From Candidatus Dojkabacteria bacterium (GTDB lineage: Bacteria > Patescibacteriota > Dojkabacteria > B142 > OLB20): a stretch of 64,000 bases of DNA. The DNA is taken from positions 12,000 through 75,999 of the forward strand of contig DAOMOX010000004.1 of NCBI GenBank assembly GCA_035444565.1, written 5' to 3'. The notes under the pieces were generated by a model, which ran no database searches, had not been told where the DNA came from, and saw nothing but the letters and a program-made list of their open reading frames with translations. Position 1 is the stretch's first letter, and each line of letters begins with the position of its first letter. Positions 10,189 through 21,600 of the stretch are shown in pieces. Made by a program: the position numbers and the translations under genes.

Positions 10189-11292
10189 ATGCAAGAAGTA
10201 AGAGATAAAATTAAAATTCTTGAACAGAGAATTAGTGATATTAAAAAAAAGAAGAATCCAGAAGCATTGGAATCCAAGTTAGAAGTAGTAAAAGCACAGT
10301 CCTCTCAGGAAGATTTGTGGAATAACCAGGAAAATGCACAGAAAATTATGAAGACTTTGAGTACTTTGGAAGGTGATATTGAAATGTTGAATAAAAATGA
10401 TGAAGAGCTTGAGGAGATTAAGTTGATGCTGGAAATGGTTGAGGACAAAGATAATACTCCAGGTGAACCTGATCCAGAAGTTTGGCAAGAAATCATAGAT
10501 ATGTGCAATACACTGGATAAAAAGCTAGATAAAATTGAAATCACGACATATTTACACGGAAAATATGATGAAAATGATGCGATTTTATCAATTCATGCTG
10601 GGCAAGGTGGTACGGAAGCAAATGATTGGTCAGAAATGCTTATGCGTATGTATCTAAAATATTTCCAGAAGCAGGGTTTCGAAACTGAAATTACCAATAT
10701 TATTAAAGGCAATGAAGCAGGTATTGGAACTGTAACAATTGAAGTCAAAGGTAGATTTGCGTATGGATATTTGAAACACGAACATGGAACACACAGATTA
10801 GTGCGAGTATCACCATTTAATGCTCAAGGTCTGCGTCAAACATCTTTCGCACTTGTAGAAGTAATGCCAATAATCGAAGATGACTTCGAAGTAAACTTAA
10901 AACCCGAAGATATTGAGTTTGCGGCAGTCCGTTCCTCAGGAGCAGGAGGTCAAAATGTAAATAAAGTGGCTACTGCGGTGAGGTTAACACATATACCAAC
11001 GGGTATAGTGGTAGCATGTTCCGTCGAGAGAAGTCAGTTGAGAAACAAAACGTCCGCAATGAATATGTTGAGAGGTAAACTTTTCCAGATTGAAATGGAA
11101 AGGCAGTCTAAAGAAAAAAGTAGTCTGAAAGGAGAACACAAAATTGCAGGCTGGGGAAATCAAATTAGAAATTATGTGTTACATCCATACAAACTTGTAA
11201 AAGATTTAAGAACAAACACTGAGAGCCAACATCCTGAATCAGTCCTAGATGGTGGATTAGAGGAATTTATTGAGGCTGAGATTAAATTATAA
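10189..11292 (+). CDS. prfB: peptide chain release factor 2 (single ORF, no programmed frameshift)
   Basis: [14 protein letters not shown] anticodon-mimic motif (RVSPF), [22 protein letters not shown]. Confidence 0.96.
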   Translation: MQEVRDKIKILEQRISDIKKKKNPEALESKLEVVKAQSSQEDLWNNQENAQKIMKTLSTLEGDIEMLNKNDEELEEIKLMLEMVEDKDNTPGEPDPEVWQEIIDMCNTLDKKLDKIEITTYLHGKYDENDAILSIHAGQGGTEANDWSEMLMRMYLKYFQKQGFETEITNIIKGNEAGIGTVTIEVKGRFAYGYLKHEHGTHRLVRVSPFNAQGLRQTSFALVEVMPIIEDDFEVNLKPEDIEFAAVRSSGAGGQNVNKVATAVRLTHIPTGIVVACSVERSQLRNKTSAMNMLRGKLFQIEMERQSKEKSSLKGEHKIAGWGNQIRNYVLHPYKLVKDLRTNTESQHPESVLDGGLEEFIEAEIKL

Positions 11293-11739
11293 ATTTTTCC
11301 AGTTATCTTCGTAATCTGAGATTTTTTTCAATCTTCTGATATGTCTTTCTTCTCCTGAGAAATCTGTGTTTAGCCAAGCAGTAATGATAGGGAAATCTTC
11401 GTCTTCTTCAAAAGTCATATCATCGAGGACCAAAATATTAGTGTCATCGTCCTCTCTAGCTTTTACTGCATGTTCTATGGATTCTGCGTATCCTGCACGT
11501 ACGCCCTTAACTTTGTTGCATGCTACACACACTCCGATACCTGATCCACATAAAATAATGCCTTTTGCATTTTCTTTTACAACTAACTCTCCGAGCATAA
11601 ACGCGTAATCAGGGTAATCATCATCTGGGTCATATTCTTTTGCCCCTATATCTATAAACTCGATATTGGACAAATCTAAGAAATGTTTTAGCTTTTCTTT
11701 TTCATCAAAACCTCTGTGGTCAGCAGCAATATATAGCAT
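11287..11739 (-). CDS. rpiB: ribose-5-phosphate isomerase B (RpiB/LacA/LacB family)
   Basis: [28 protein letters not shown]. Confidence 0.92.
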   Translation of the reverse strand: MLYIAADHRGFDEKEKLKHFLDLSNIEFIDIGAKEYDPDDDYPDYAFMLGELVVKENAKGIILCGSGIGVCVACNKVKGVRAGYAESIEHAVKAREDDDTNILVLDDMTFEEDEDFPIITAWLNTDFSGEERHIRRLKKISDYEDNWKNL

Positions 11740-11782
11740 ACCTGTAATTAAACTATAATTATAAATCTATTCTAACAGAATT

Positions 11783-12478
11783 TTATTCTATTGTTAAAAA
11801 TTGACCAGGTACAATCAATGCCTGACTTCCATCGGCTAGAAAACCTATCGAATCAGAATTATTCGCTAAAATTGTTGTCCATTGTGAACCATCTCCATAG
11901 ACGGCTTCTGCGATCTCCCAAAGTGTATCACCAAGTTTAACCTGATAAGTTCCAGTACTGATATCCCCTTTTACATAATCTGTAGCTCTCCAAACTCCTG
12001 TTTGGTTAATAGTTGTTTGTATTTGAGTGGACTTTGTTTGTGCTGTTTCGGTTGTTGAGTCATCTCTTCTTGTAGAATTTCCACCTGCAATTTTTCCATC
12101 TTCATCCTCATCGGTACTATCTTTGTCACCGTCTCCTTCATCATCACTATTTTCACTATCTTCTGAATCTTCGTTTTCACTGTTGTCGTTTTCGTCATCT
12201 TCTTCGCCATCGTTATTTTCTTCTGCAACCTCTTCGTTCCTATCAAAGACATCAGGAAGATTGATACTCACTCGGTCAGATATCAATGGGTAAATAATGA
12301 ACCCAATACCAGCCAGAATAAAAACTCCTCCCAATAACTTGAGTACCCATGGTTTAATTCTTAATTTGGAATTTTCCATATCTTTGATTACCGATTTTTC
12401 AAACTCTTTTGGGTTTGGCGTGTCTTTTTTTGGGGTAGGAGCGGTTTTCTGTTTAACCTTTACAGAATTCTTGGCCAT
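11783..12478 (-). CDS. membrane-anchored LysM domain protein with acidic low-complexity linker
   Basis: Single TM, D/E/S/N-rich linker, C-terminal YQVKLGDTLWEIAEAVYGDGSQW...LIVPGQ LysM. Confidence 0.88.
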   Translation of the reverse strand: MAKNSVKVKQKTAPTPKKDTPNPKEFEKSVIKDMENSKLRIKPWVLKLLGGVFILAGIGFIIYPLISDRVSINLPDVFDRNEEVAEENNDGEEDDENDNSENEDSEDSENSDDEGDGDKDSTDEDEDGKIAGGNSTRRDDSTTETAQTKSTQIQTTINQTGVWRATDYVKGDISTGTYQVKLGDTLWEIAEAVYGDGSQWTTILANNSDSIGFLADGSQALIVPGQFLTIE

Positions 12479-12660
12479 TTTTAGTAATATGAAAATTAAA
12501 GTCTCGGGGCAGAAACAATATGTTTAAATATAACTTAATTTTACTACTGTTTGCAAGTAAAGCGATATATATTCTTAAGTAGTTTATGTTTTCTTGCTAA
12601 AGAGAGCTTAAATTGTTAAAATCAGGGCTATTCATTTAGATAATTCAATATTAAAACAAG

Positions 12661-12927
12661 ATGGCAAATACAAGTTCTGCAAAAAAAGCGATAAGAGTTA
12701 GCGCTAGAAAGAAAAAAGTAAATTCAATCAATAAAGAAAATTACAGAACTGCAAAAAAAGCAGTTTTAAAGGCTGTCTCAGATAACAAACCAGCACAAGC
12801 GAAGAAGTTATTAGTGAAGGCATATAGTGCGCTAGATACGGCATCAAAGAAGAAAACTCTTCACAAGAATACAGTATCAAGATACAAGTCTAGACTTGCA
12901 ACTCAAGTAAACAAGATTTCTAAATAA
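12661..12927 (+). CDS. rpsT: 30S ribosomal protein S20
   Basis: MANTSSAKKAIR...ALDTASKK.TLHKNTVSRYKSRL. Confidence 0.96.
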   Translation: MANTSSAKKAIRVSARKKKVNSINKENYRTAKKAVLKAVSDNKPAQAKKLLVKAYSALDTASKKKTLHKNTVSRYKSRLATQVNKISK

Positions 12928-12996
12928 ACATTGAATTTAGTCAACTTTCATTTTGTCTGATTTACTGATACTATTTCATATTGACTATGTTTTATT

Positions 12997-13527
12997 ATGA
13001 AAGTAACTAATCTCCCCATTACTCCAATCGTTGCTATTATTATTAGTAAACTTTTAGGAATTATCTTTGCGTCGATAGTATTTGGAATAAGCTTCGAATT
13101 TAATGGAATTTTATCGTTGTTTGGTCTAGGAAATCTCGATAATCAGACAGATATGATATTACTCTCCTCCTACTCTGATTTGTTTATGTTCACTATTATT
13201 AGTTTGATCTTGGTAATAAGTCTGATGATGCATTCTAAAAATGAAAAAAAGCAAATTAGTAAGGAAGATTTAGACAAATATCTAACATCAAATCAAAAGA
13301 ACACAATATTGGTAGCAAATAAATTATATGGGAGTGCACTCTATTGGTTAATTTCAATATGGTTAACAAACTTGTATGTACTTTTTAATACATTGACAGG
13401 TAAAACATATCTGTGGATTTATCTCTTAGTCTTGATGTTAACAGTTTCACTCACATTATATTTTTATTATGATCTTAAGCGAGAAATACATCTCGCTAAG
13501 ACAAAAGTTTTTAATAACGATTTATGA
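12997..13527 (+). CDS. hypothetical membrane protein (~4 TM)
   Basis: Hydrophobic segments; stop overlaps next start (ATGA). Confidence 0.65.
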   Translation: MKVTNLPITPIVAIIISKLLGIIFASIVFGISFEFNGILSLFGLGNLDNQTDMILLSSYSDLFMFTIISLILVISLMMHSKNEKKQISKEDLDKYLTSNQKNTILVANKLYGSALYWLISIWLTNLYVLFNTLTGKTYLWIYLLVLMLTVSLTLYFYYDLKREIHLAKTKVFNNDL

Positions 13528-14630
13528 AAGCAGATAGCGTAAAGATTGAAATTACTCTAAAGTCCCTGATTCTGATTTTGATATTTATTCTGGGAATTAC
13601 TGCGCTGTGGGAACTTAGGTTGGTTTTTATCTTTCTATTCTTTTCTTTCATAGTAAATTCTGCACTTAGGGCCTATGTAGATTATTTTCAAACGAAGAGA
13701 ATACCAAGGATTGCTTCTACGGTTTTTATTTTCCTGACATTATTCCTAATATTAAGTCTGATGACAGTTACGGTATTTAGCGAGACAGTGGAACAATTCA
13801 AAAACCTTGTTATGCTTATGCCTCAGCTTCTTACAAATATTTTATCGGAACTATTTTTAATATTCCCTTGGCTGAAAGACTTGATAGATCTACAAGAATT
13901 CAAAACTCAATTTTTAGATGAATTAACGAGTGCAGGAGGCATTTTCTCATCCGGAATATCAAGTGCTTATAATATCTTGAATTCAGCAATCACAACATTG
14001 GGAGGTGTCGTTACGATAACCATGCTTTCAATTTATATGTTGGTTAGAAAACAAGAAATCTATTCAAGTCTGATTAATTTTCTACCAATTTCAAATCGTC
14101 AAAAACTTAAATACAATAAAAAATTGATGCTTGTAGAAGAGAAACTGGGAGAATGGGTTCGAGCACAGTTGTTTATGATGGGTTTCATTGGTGTTTTGAC
14201 ATGGGTTGGTCTAGTCACACCATCAATCTTCTTTGAGAGTTACCAAATGAATCAGTATGCACTTCCAATCTCTTTCATTGCAGCTATCTTAGAAGCAATT
14301 CCAACTTTGGGCCCTATTGCAACTGCAGTTATCGCAATTATAATTGCTTTGGGGTCAGGTTCTAGTCTGGGTACTGTCATCTTTATTGTCATCTTGTTCT
14401 ATTTAATCCAACAACTTGAAGCAACTCTAATATTCCCAAATGTTATGGCAAAAGTCGTTGGTGTGGACCCTATTGTTACAATCGTTAGTGTAATCGGAGC
14501 ATACATATTATTTGGAATCGTTGGAGCAATATTTGTAGTTCCTTTAATTGCTGTAATGAGAATCTTACTCGGTAATGAAATAAACAACCTGGTTGAACAA
14601 CACATGAACGATAGCCCAGAGGAGGTTTAG
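13524..14630 (+). CDS. AI-2E family (UPF0118) transporter
   Basis: WVRAQL, LEAIPTLGP, IQQLEATLIFPNVM, GIVGAIFVVP signatures. Confidence 0.9.
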   Translation: MKADSVKIEITLKSLILILIFILGITALWELRLVFIFLFFSFIVNSALRAYVDYFQTKRIPRIASTVFIFLTLFLILSLMTVTVFSETVEQFKNLVMLMPQLLTNILSELFLIFPWLKDLIDLQEFKTQFLDELTSAGGIFSSGISSAYNILNSAITTLGGVVTITMLSIYMLVRKQEIYSSLINFLPISNRQKLKYNKKLMLVEEKLGEWVRAQLFMMGFIGVLTWVGLVTPSIFFESYQMNQYALPISFIAAILEAIPTLGPIATAVIAIIIALGSGSSLGTVIFIVILFYLIQQLEATLIFPNVMAKVVGVDPIVTIVSVIGAYILFGIVGAIFVVPLIAVMRILLGNEINNLVEQHMNDSPEEV

Positions 14631-16759
14631 TTTGTAAGTTTCTTCCCAGTTAGTTTTTCGTATAAATCTCTCATCTCACTTGCTAATTCGAACTCCATCA
14701 TATCGGCATAAACAAGCATCTGCGTATGGATTTCTTCAAGTAAGTCGGTTCTTTGTTTTTTGTCTAGAATTGTAAAACTTTCTGCACGTTTATAGAAATT
14801 CTCGTCTTGAACTTTACTGCTTAATTCTTCTTTTTTGTCTTTTCCTACTAATTGTGTACGAATTTCTTTCTGGATGCTTTTTGGTGTGATTCCGTGTTCA
14901 ATATTATATTTATTTTGGATTTCTCTTCTTCTCCTTGTTTCTGAAATCGCATAATGCATACTATCAGTTACTTTGTCGCTATACATGATGACATTGCCTT
15001 CTTGGTGCCTTGCTGCTCTTCCAACAATTTGTATTAAACTTGGACCAGTTCTCAAAAAGCCTTCTTTATCAGCATCTAAAATTGCAACCAATGAAACTTC
15101 AGGTAGATCCAAACCTTCTCGGAGTAGATTTACACCCACTAAAACATCAAATTTACCAAGTCGAAGATTTTTTAGAATTTCAACTCTGTCCAAAGAATCA
15201 ACATCAGAGTGGATATAGGAAACCGAAATGCTTACATCTTTTAAATAAGTAGTCAGATCTTCTGCCATTCGTTTGGTAAGAGTTGTGACAAGCACCCGTT
15301 GTCCCTTCTTGATTGTGTTCTGGATGCGTATCAACAAATCATCAATTTGGTTTCTAGCTGTGAAATTTTTCTGCAAAACCTCCATATCTAAATATTTTCG
15401 TTTCAAGACTGCCGATTTGAGTTTCTCCAAGTTTGAACTTAAATCAGGATACAACTCAATCAATGGATCCAATAAACCAGTAGGTCGAATAAGTTGTTCT
15501 ACAAAACCTCCATAGTTTTTAGGAAGTTCGGATGAATTTGTTTTTCTTGAAGATTTCTTACTCAAATCTAGCTCAAACTCCCTAGGAGTCGCTGAAACGT
15601 ACACTACTTGGTTTATTCTTTCGTAAAACTCTTCAATTTTAAGCGGACGGTTATCCATAGCCGCTCTAAGCCTAAATCCATAATCTACGAGCACTTCTTT
15701 TCTAGCTTTATCACCGTTATACATCCCTTTTACCTGTGGTAGTGTCATATGTGATTCATCAACAAACAAAAGCCAATCATCTGGAAAGTAATCAAGTAAA
15801 GTAGAAGGTGGAGAACCTGGTTTTCTATTATCAATATACCTCGAATAATTTTCAATTCCTGAACAGTACCCAAGTTGTTCAAGCATTTCTATGTCATAAT
15901 TCACCCGCTCATTAAGTCTGTGTGCTTCTAAATCTTTTCCCCTCTCCTTCATAATTGCCACTTCTTTTTCCAAGTCTTCTTTGATTTTGGGTATTACAAG
16001 TTTTAGTGATTCGAATGGAGTAACAAAATGTTTGGCAGGAAATATTTTAAATTCTTCAAGTCGTTGAACAACTTCCCCTGTGATTGGATTAATTAATTTT
16101 AATGCCTCTATCACATCTCCGAAGTATTCAACTCTAAGTGCGAAATTCTCGGAGGCAAGAAAAACATCTAAAATATCACCTCTGATTCTAAATAATCCTG
16201 AATAGAAGTCGTACTCGCTACGCTCATACTGCATATCGTTTAGATGAGTTAGTAGTTTGGACCTTTGGTAAGAATCGCCTACTTTTAAAGTTCTACTTAG
16301 AGAAAGATAGTCATCAGGATTTCCAAGACCATAAATACAAGAAACTGATGCAACAATAATTGTATGCTTACCACTAAGTAAGGATTGCGTTGCTGCGTTT
16401 CTATATCGTTCAATTACTTCATTTAGAGTCGATTCCTTTGCAATGTAAAGGTCTCTTCTAGGAATATATGCCTCAGGCTGGTAATAATCATAGTAAGAAA
16501 CGAAATATTCCACAGCGTTCTCGGGGAAGAATTCTTTAAATTCAGAATATAATTGAGCGGCTAATGTTTTATTATGTGCTAATACTAAAGTAGGCTTTTG
16601 GAGATTTTGAATAATATTTGCCATTGTGAATGTCTTTCCAGATCCTGTAACCCCTATTAATGTTTGATTTTCTAAGCCAACTTCCAAGCCTTTCGACAAA
16701 ATGTCTATTGCTTGGTGTTGGTCACCTGCTGGCTTGTATTCTGAATGTAATTTAAACAT
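14627..16759 (-). CDS. uvrB: excinuclease ABC subunit B
   Basis: PAGDQ, GVTGSGKT, YYDYYQPEAY beta-hairpin, DESH, NLLREGLDLPEV, DADKEGFLR, C-terminal UVR-like helix. Confidence 0.98.
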   Translation of the reverse strand: MFKLHSEYKPAGDQHQAIDILSKGLEVGLENQTLIGVTGSGKTFTMANIIQNLQKPTLVLAHNKTLAAQLYSEFKEFFPENAVEYFVSYYDYYQPEAYIPRRDLYIAKESTLNEVIERYRNAATQSLLSGKHTIIVASVSCIYGLGNPDDYLSLSRTLKVGDSYQRSKLLTHLNDMQYERSEYDFYSGLFRIRGDILDVFLASENFALRVEYFGDVIEALKLINPITGEVVQRLEEFKIFPAKHFVTPFESLKLVIPKIKEDLEKEVAIMKERGKDLEAHRLNERVNYDIEMLEQLGYCSGIENYSRYIDNRKPGSPPSTLLDYFPDDWLLFVDESHMTLPQVKGMYNGDKARKEVLVDYGFRLRAAMDNRPLKIEEFYERINQVVYVSATPREFELDLSKKSSRKTNSSELPKNYGGFVEQLIRPTGLLDPLIELYPDLSSNLEKLKSAVLKRKYLDMEVLQKNFTARNQIDDLLIRIQNTIKKGQRVLVTTLTKRMAEDLTTYLKDVSISVSYIHSDVDSLDRVEILKNLRLGKFDVLVGVNLLREGLDLPEVSLVAILDADKEGFLRTGPSLIQIVGRAARHQEGNVIMYSDKVTDSMHYAISETRRRREIQNKYNIEHGITPKSIQKEIRTQLVGKDKKEELSSKVQDENFYKRAESFTILDKKQRTDLLEEIHTQMLVYADMMEFELASEMRDLYEKLTGKKLTN

Positions 16760-17945
16760 TTTTATTTTCTCGAACTATTTTTTCCATAAATTGTGAGTAG
16801 AAATGAAGATTATGAATGCTCGCAAGTCTGTAACCACTTCCCTCACCTATTTTTAATAAATATCTGAGATATGCTCTGGAAGTAGTTTTGCAAGTGTGAC
16901 AACCACAACTACTATCTAGTGGACTTTCATCATATTCATAACGTGTATTCGATAAATGTAATACTGAGTAATTATCATATTCTTTATCACCAATTTCATT
17001 ATTAACGTAAATATATCCATGTCTTGCATTTCTGGTGGGTAATACAGTGTCGAACAAGTCCCATCCTACAGAAATCGCAAACCTCAGATTATCAGGGGTA
17101 CCTACTCCGAGCGCGTATCTAAGTTTATCTTTAGGCATTGATTCTGCTAGGAATTGTAGAAGTTCTTTATAAAATCCACCTTCGTGTGAATAGTCCCATG
17201 TTCGCTTCAGTTGTAATGGCAGTCCTCCAAGTCCATAAATGTCAAATCCCACCTCTACAAGTGCTTCTAGGCTGATTTTTCGGTATTCAAAATTGCTTCC
17301 TCCTTGTACTACAGCAGTCAATAATGGCCTTTTTACTTTAGGATTATTAAAATCATCTTCTGATAAATTATTTAATTCTAGAAACATTTTCTTAGATCTT
17401 TTGGCCCAATCGGTTGTACGTTCTACAGATCTTTTGATGTCAGTAAGGCTCGCATTTTCGAGTACTGGCTCGTCGAGCACTACTCTGATATCAGAGCCGA
17501 TTTTGGCTTGGATCTGTTGTGATGTTTCTGGAGATAGGAATTTATACTGTCCAGATTCATAATCAACAAAACTGCATCCTGCATCAGTTATTTTATTTTT
17601 CACATTTGGCCTTCTAGCGATCAAAGAAAATACTTGAAAACCACCACTGTCAGTTAAGACTGGTTTATCCCAGCCAGTAAGTTTGTGGAAACCGCCAAGT
17701 TTTGCAATTTTTTCACTCCCAAGTTTTTGCTCAAGATGAAGTGTATTAGTGACAATAGCATTTATACCAGTTTCTTCTAGGTCTTTAAAACTCATATTGC
17801 TAATTGTTCCGTACGTTGCGTCGGGCATAAAAACTGGAAAATTCAAATCACCATGAGCCGTTTCAATTTTACCTTTTCTTAAACTTCTATCATTTTCATC
17901 GAAATTGATCATCAATTTATTATTAATTCGTAAAGTTTTGCCCAC
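16752..17945 (-). CDS. tgt: tRNA-guanine transglycosylase with divergent base-binding pocket
   Basis: PVFMP, NTLHL, LTDSGGFQVFSL, VQGG, FDTVLPTRNARHG, and CGCHTC...H zinc site. Confidence 0.93.
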   Translation of the reverse strand: MGKTLRINNKLMINFDENDRSLRKGKIETAHGDLNFPVFMPDATYGTISNMSFKDLEETGINAIVTNTLHLEQKLGSEKIAKLGGFHKLTGWDKPVLTDSGGFQVFSLIARRPNVKNKITDAGCSFVDYESGQYKFLSPETSQQIQAKIGSDIRVVLDEPVLENASLTDIKRSVERTTDWAKRSKKMFLELNNLSEDDFNNPKVKRPLLTAVVQGGSNFEYRKISLEALVEVGFDIYGLGGLPLQLKRTWDYSHEGGFYKELLQFLAESMPKDKLRYALGVGTPDNLRFAISVGWDLFDTVLPTRNARHGYIYVNNEIGDKEYDNYSVLHLSNTRYEYDESPLDSSCGCHTCKTTSRAYLRYLLKIGEGSGYRLASIHNLHFYSQFMEKIVRENKNV

Positions 17946-18691
17946 TGAACCAATGTCAATTCACTAGCTCGTGATTTTTCTGACAATCCAAGTTTAATAA
18001 GTGCTTCGACAATTTTGTCTTTGCCATATTCCTTAAGATTACTGGCTAAAATCTTTCTTGGTGAAGAAAAGCCGATTCTAATTAGTCTCCATAAGTCTTT
18101 AGAATTAATATTATTCTCTGCAATATTTGAGAATGTGATTATTTGGCCATCTACTTTTGGTTTTGGTGTGAAGTATATTGAAGGTACGACTTTTGAAAGT
18201 TTTATGTCTGAATGTAAACTCGCAAAATTACTTAGAATCGTAGATTTTGGGGCCTTAGCTGAATATTCTTTTGCGACTTCTTTTTGTATGATTAAACTAA
18301 TTTGAACAGGTTTGTGAGTATTTGTCAGTAGATTATAAATAATCCTCTTTGAGATATTATAAGGTAATGAGCCAATCACTTTGTATGGTTGTTTTGCTGT
18401 AATCTCAGAAAAGTCAATTTCAAGAACATCTTGATGAATTATTTTAACTTGATTATTAAACTTGTCTGTTAGGTATGGTATAAGACTGTCGTCTTTTTCT
18501 ATAAGTATTAGCTTATTTGTTCTCTTTAAAATCTCTTCTGTAACATATCCTTTACCAGGTCCAATTTCAATCACCAACTCATCATTCTTTATTTCGAGAC
18601 TATCAACCAATTCATTGATATATTTTTTATTGTTAAGGAAATTTTGCCCAAGACTTTTCTTGAAGTGATGAGAGTAGTAGTCATTATTCAT
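17912..18691 (-). CDS. rsmA: 16S rRNA m6,2A dimethyltransferase RsmA/KsgA
   Basis: KKSLGQNFL, EIGPGKG, SLPYNIS, QKEVA, F.PKPKVD. Confidence 0.95.
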   Translation of the reverse strand: MNNDYYSHHFKKSLGQNFLNNKKYINELVDSLEIKNDELVIEIGPGKGYVTEEILKRTNKLILIEKDDSLIPYLTDKFNNQVKIIHQDVLEIDFSEITAKQPYKVIGSLPYNISKRIIYNLLTNTHKPVQISLIIQKEVAKEYSAKAPKSTILSNFASLHSDIKLSKVVPSIYFTPKPKVDGQIITFSNIAENNINSKDLWRLIRIGFSSPRKILASNLKEYGKDKIVEALIKLGLSEKSRASELTLVQWAKLYELIIN

Positions 18692-21600
18692 TGTAGATAT
18701 ATTTTTTCACAGTAGTGATAAACTCTGGAGATACTCTGACGAATCTTTCGATACTTTTTTTTGCACCCAAATCTCCATATATTATTGTTAATTTAATATT
18801 TCCGGGGTTTTGAATTATAGCTTTTTTGATCTCCATAAGTCTAGATTTATCCTTCTCTCTTGATATATCGATGCTTAGCTGGTCTTGTTTATCAATATCA
18901 CTTGCATCTGCCATATCATCAACGATTAAACTGAATTCATCATTCCTGAAATTTACAGATGCTTGCACAAATACAGACCTATTTTCAACCAAGAAATTAT
19001 TCACCTTCTCAAAAGCATCCGGGAAAACAACCGCCCCACCTTTACCTTCCATGTCTTCAATATCCAGGAAAGCCATTGGCTTAGAGCCTTTTTTTGTATA
19101 TATTTTTTTTACTTTTGAAATCAATACAATAATTTTTATTTTGGTGCCTGATTTCATTTTTTGTGCTTGACGCAAATCTATAAATTTATTGAGTAAAATC
19201 ACATCTGAGAAAGCTTCTAACGGATGTTTGCTCAGATAAATGCCCAACAATTCTTTCTCCCAACCAGTTTTTTCTTTGTCAGTTTCTTGAGGTAGTAGAG
19301 GTAATGGAGTAGCTGGAGTTTCAGTTTCCTCGCTTGAAATGCCAAATAAAGTTGATTGACCTCCTTTTAGGGCTTCTTCACTTCGTTGTATTTTGGTATA
19401 CACGATTGGTGCAACCTCAATCAGTTGTGTTCTCGAACCAAACTCGTCAAGCGCTCCTACTTTGATTAGATTTTCTAGGTCTTTTTTTGTGAGTCCATGG
19501 GTTCCCACTTTGGTGATTAAATCATCAAGGTTTTTAAATTCGCCTTTTTTATTTCGAGCTTCCACAATATTCTCAAGTGATTTAGTTGAAACACCTTTTA
19601 CCCCGCCCATTCCAAAACGAATCTCTTTGTCACCTTCGATAATAAATTCCAAATGACTTTTGTTAATGTCAGGTGGTAGTAGTTTGATTTTCATGTTCTT
19701 CGCCTCTTTCAGATCACGCTCAAGTTTATCGATTGAGTTAATGTCGGTTTCCATCAATCCAGCTAAAAATTCCAAAGGATGATGTGTTTTTAAATATGCT
19801 GTTTGATAAGCAATCATTGAATAGCAAGCGCTGTGTGACTTATTGAAACCGTAATCAGCGAAGGGTTCTAGATAAGAAAATATTTTTTCAGCAGTTTTTT
19901 TATCTCTTTTGTTTTTAACTGCCCTCTCAAAAAATAATTCTTTTTCTTTTGCCATTACTTCTGGTTTTTTCTTACCCATAGCTCTTCTAAGCATATCGGC
20001 TTCTCCAAGTGAGTAGTTTGCGAATTCCACAGCTATGTTGATGACTTGCTCTTGATAAATCGCAAATCCGAAAGTGGTCTTCAGGATTGGCTCGAGGCTA
20101 GGATGAATGTAATCAATTTCTTGTTCTCCTCTTTTGCGTAAAATATAGTCTGGGATGTATTTCATTGGTCCTGGTCTATACGCTGCATTCAAAAACACCA
20201 GGTCTTCAAATTCAGTTGGTTTCAAATCACGTAAGTATTTTTTCATTCCTTCTGATTCAAACTGAAAGATTCCTGTGGTATCTCCTTTTTGAAATAATTC
20301 GTAGGTTTTCTTATCTTCTAGGCTGATTGAAGATAAGTCTAAATCAATATTTTTTGTTTGTTTGATCTTTTTTAAAGTATTTTGGATTACGGTAAGATTA
20401 GAGAGACCTAGGAAATCGAACTTCATTAATCCTAAATATTCGATATTGTGACCTTCTACTTGAGTTATAAGTTTGTCTCCTCGTACTTCTTTTTGTATTG
20501 GAACATAATCTGTAATCGGGGTCGGTGTTACTAAATATCCACAGGCATGGATTGATACGTGTCTAGCAATGTTTTCAAGTTTTTCAACGTATTTAGCTAA
20601 TTCTTCAAGCTGAGTGGAACCTTTAATAATTTCATCAAACTCCTCGACTTCATCACGCATTTTTTGAATGGTATGTACCCTACCAAATTTTACGATTACC
20701 ATTTTCGACAGTCTATCTGCGATTTGCAAATCTATGCCCATTACTCTTGCAACGTCTCGAATCGCGGCTTTCGTTTTTAATCTTCCAAATGTTCCAATAA
20801 AGCTGGTGTTTTCATGACCATACTTTTTGCTCATGTAATGAAACAATTCATCACGTCTATCATCTTGGAAATCAATATCAAAATCAGGTGGTGATGGTCT
20901 TTCCGGATTTAAGAATCTCTCAAAAATCAGTCCAAATTTGAATGGGTCCAAATCTGTTATACCAAGTATGTACGCAACTACACTACCAGCCCCAGAACCT
21001 CTTCCTGGTCCTACCAATATACCTTGGCTCCTCGCCCACGTAACATAATCTTCTACAACCAAGAAATAGTCGTTGTAACCTTTGTTATTGATTATTTCTA
21101 ATTCGTAATCAATACGTTCTTGCAGTTCTTTTGTTAACTCAGAATAGCGGTTTTTAAGAGAATCCATTACTTTCTTTCTCAAAGAATCTTTCGTTTTTTC
21201 AGGTGAGAGTTTTAAGTCATATTTAGGTTGTACTCTTTCGAATAAAATGTCGTATTTTTCAACAGAATCAGCAATTTTTTGTGTATTCTCGAGAGCTTCA
21301 GGATAATCTGGAAAGAGCTTTGCTAGCTCATCTTGGCTTTTAATATAAAACTCGGTGGAGGAGTATTGACGACGTGCTGGATCTTCAAGTTTTTTCCCAT
21401 CACTAATACACCAGACAATTTCTTGGACTTTATGGTCTTCTTTTTCAATATAATGTGTGTCACAAGTAGCAACATAAGGTAATTTAAGTTTTTTGGCAAT
21501 TTCTACTTGTTTCTCAACTAAATCTTCTGCTTCTTTAATTCCGTTCCTTTGTAGTTCAATATACACATCATCAACACTACTTTGTAAAAATTTTATCCAT

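Noticed and set aside
12060-12240. Low-complexity TCA/TCT/TCG-rich tract
   Set aside because: Encodes the acidic linker of the LysM protein; not an independent repeat element
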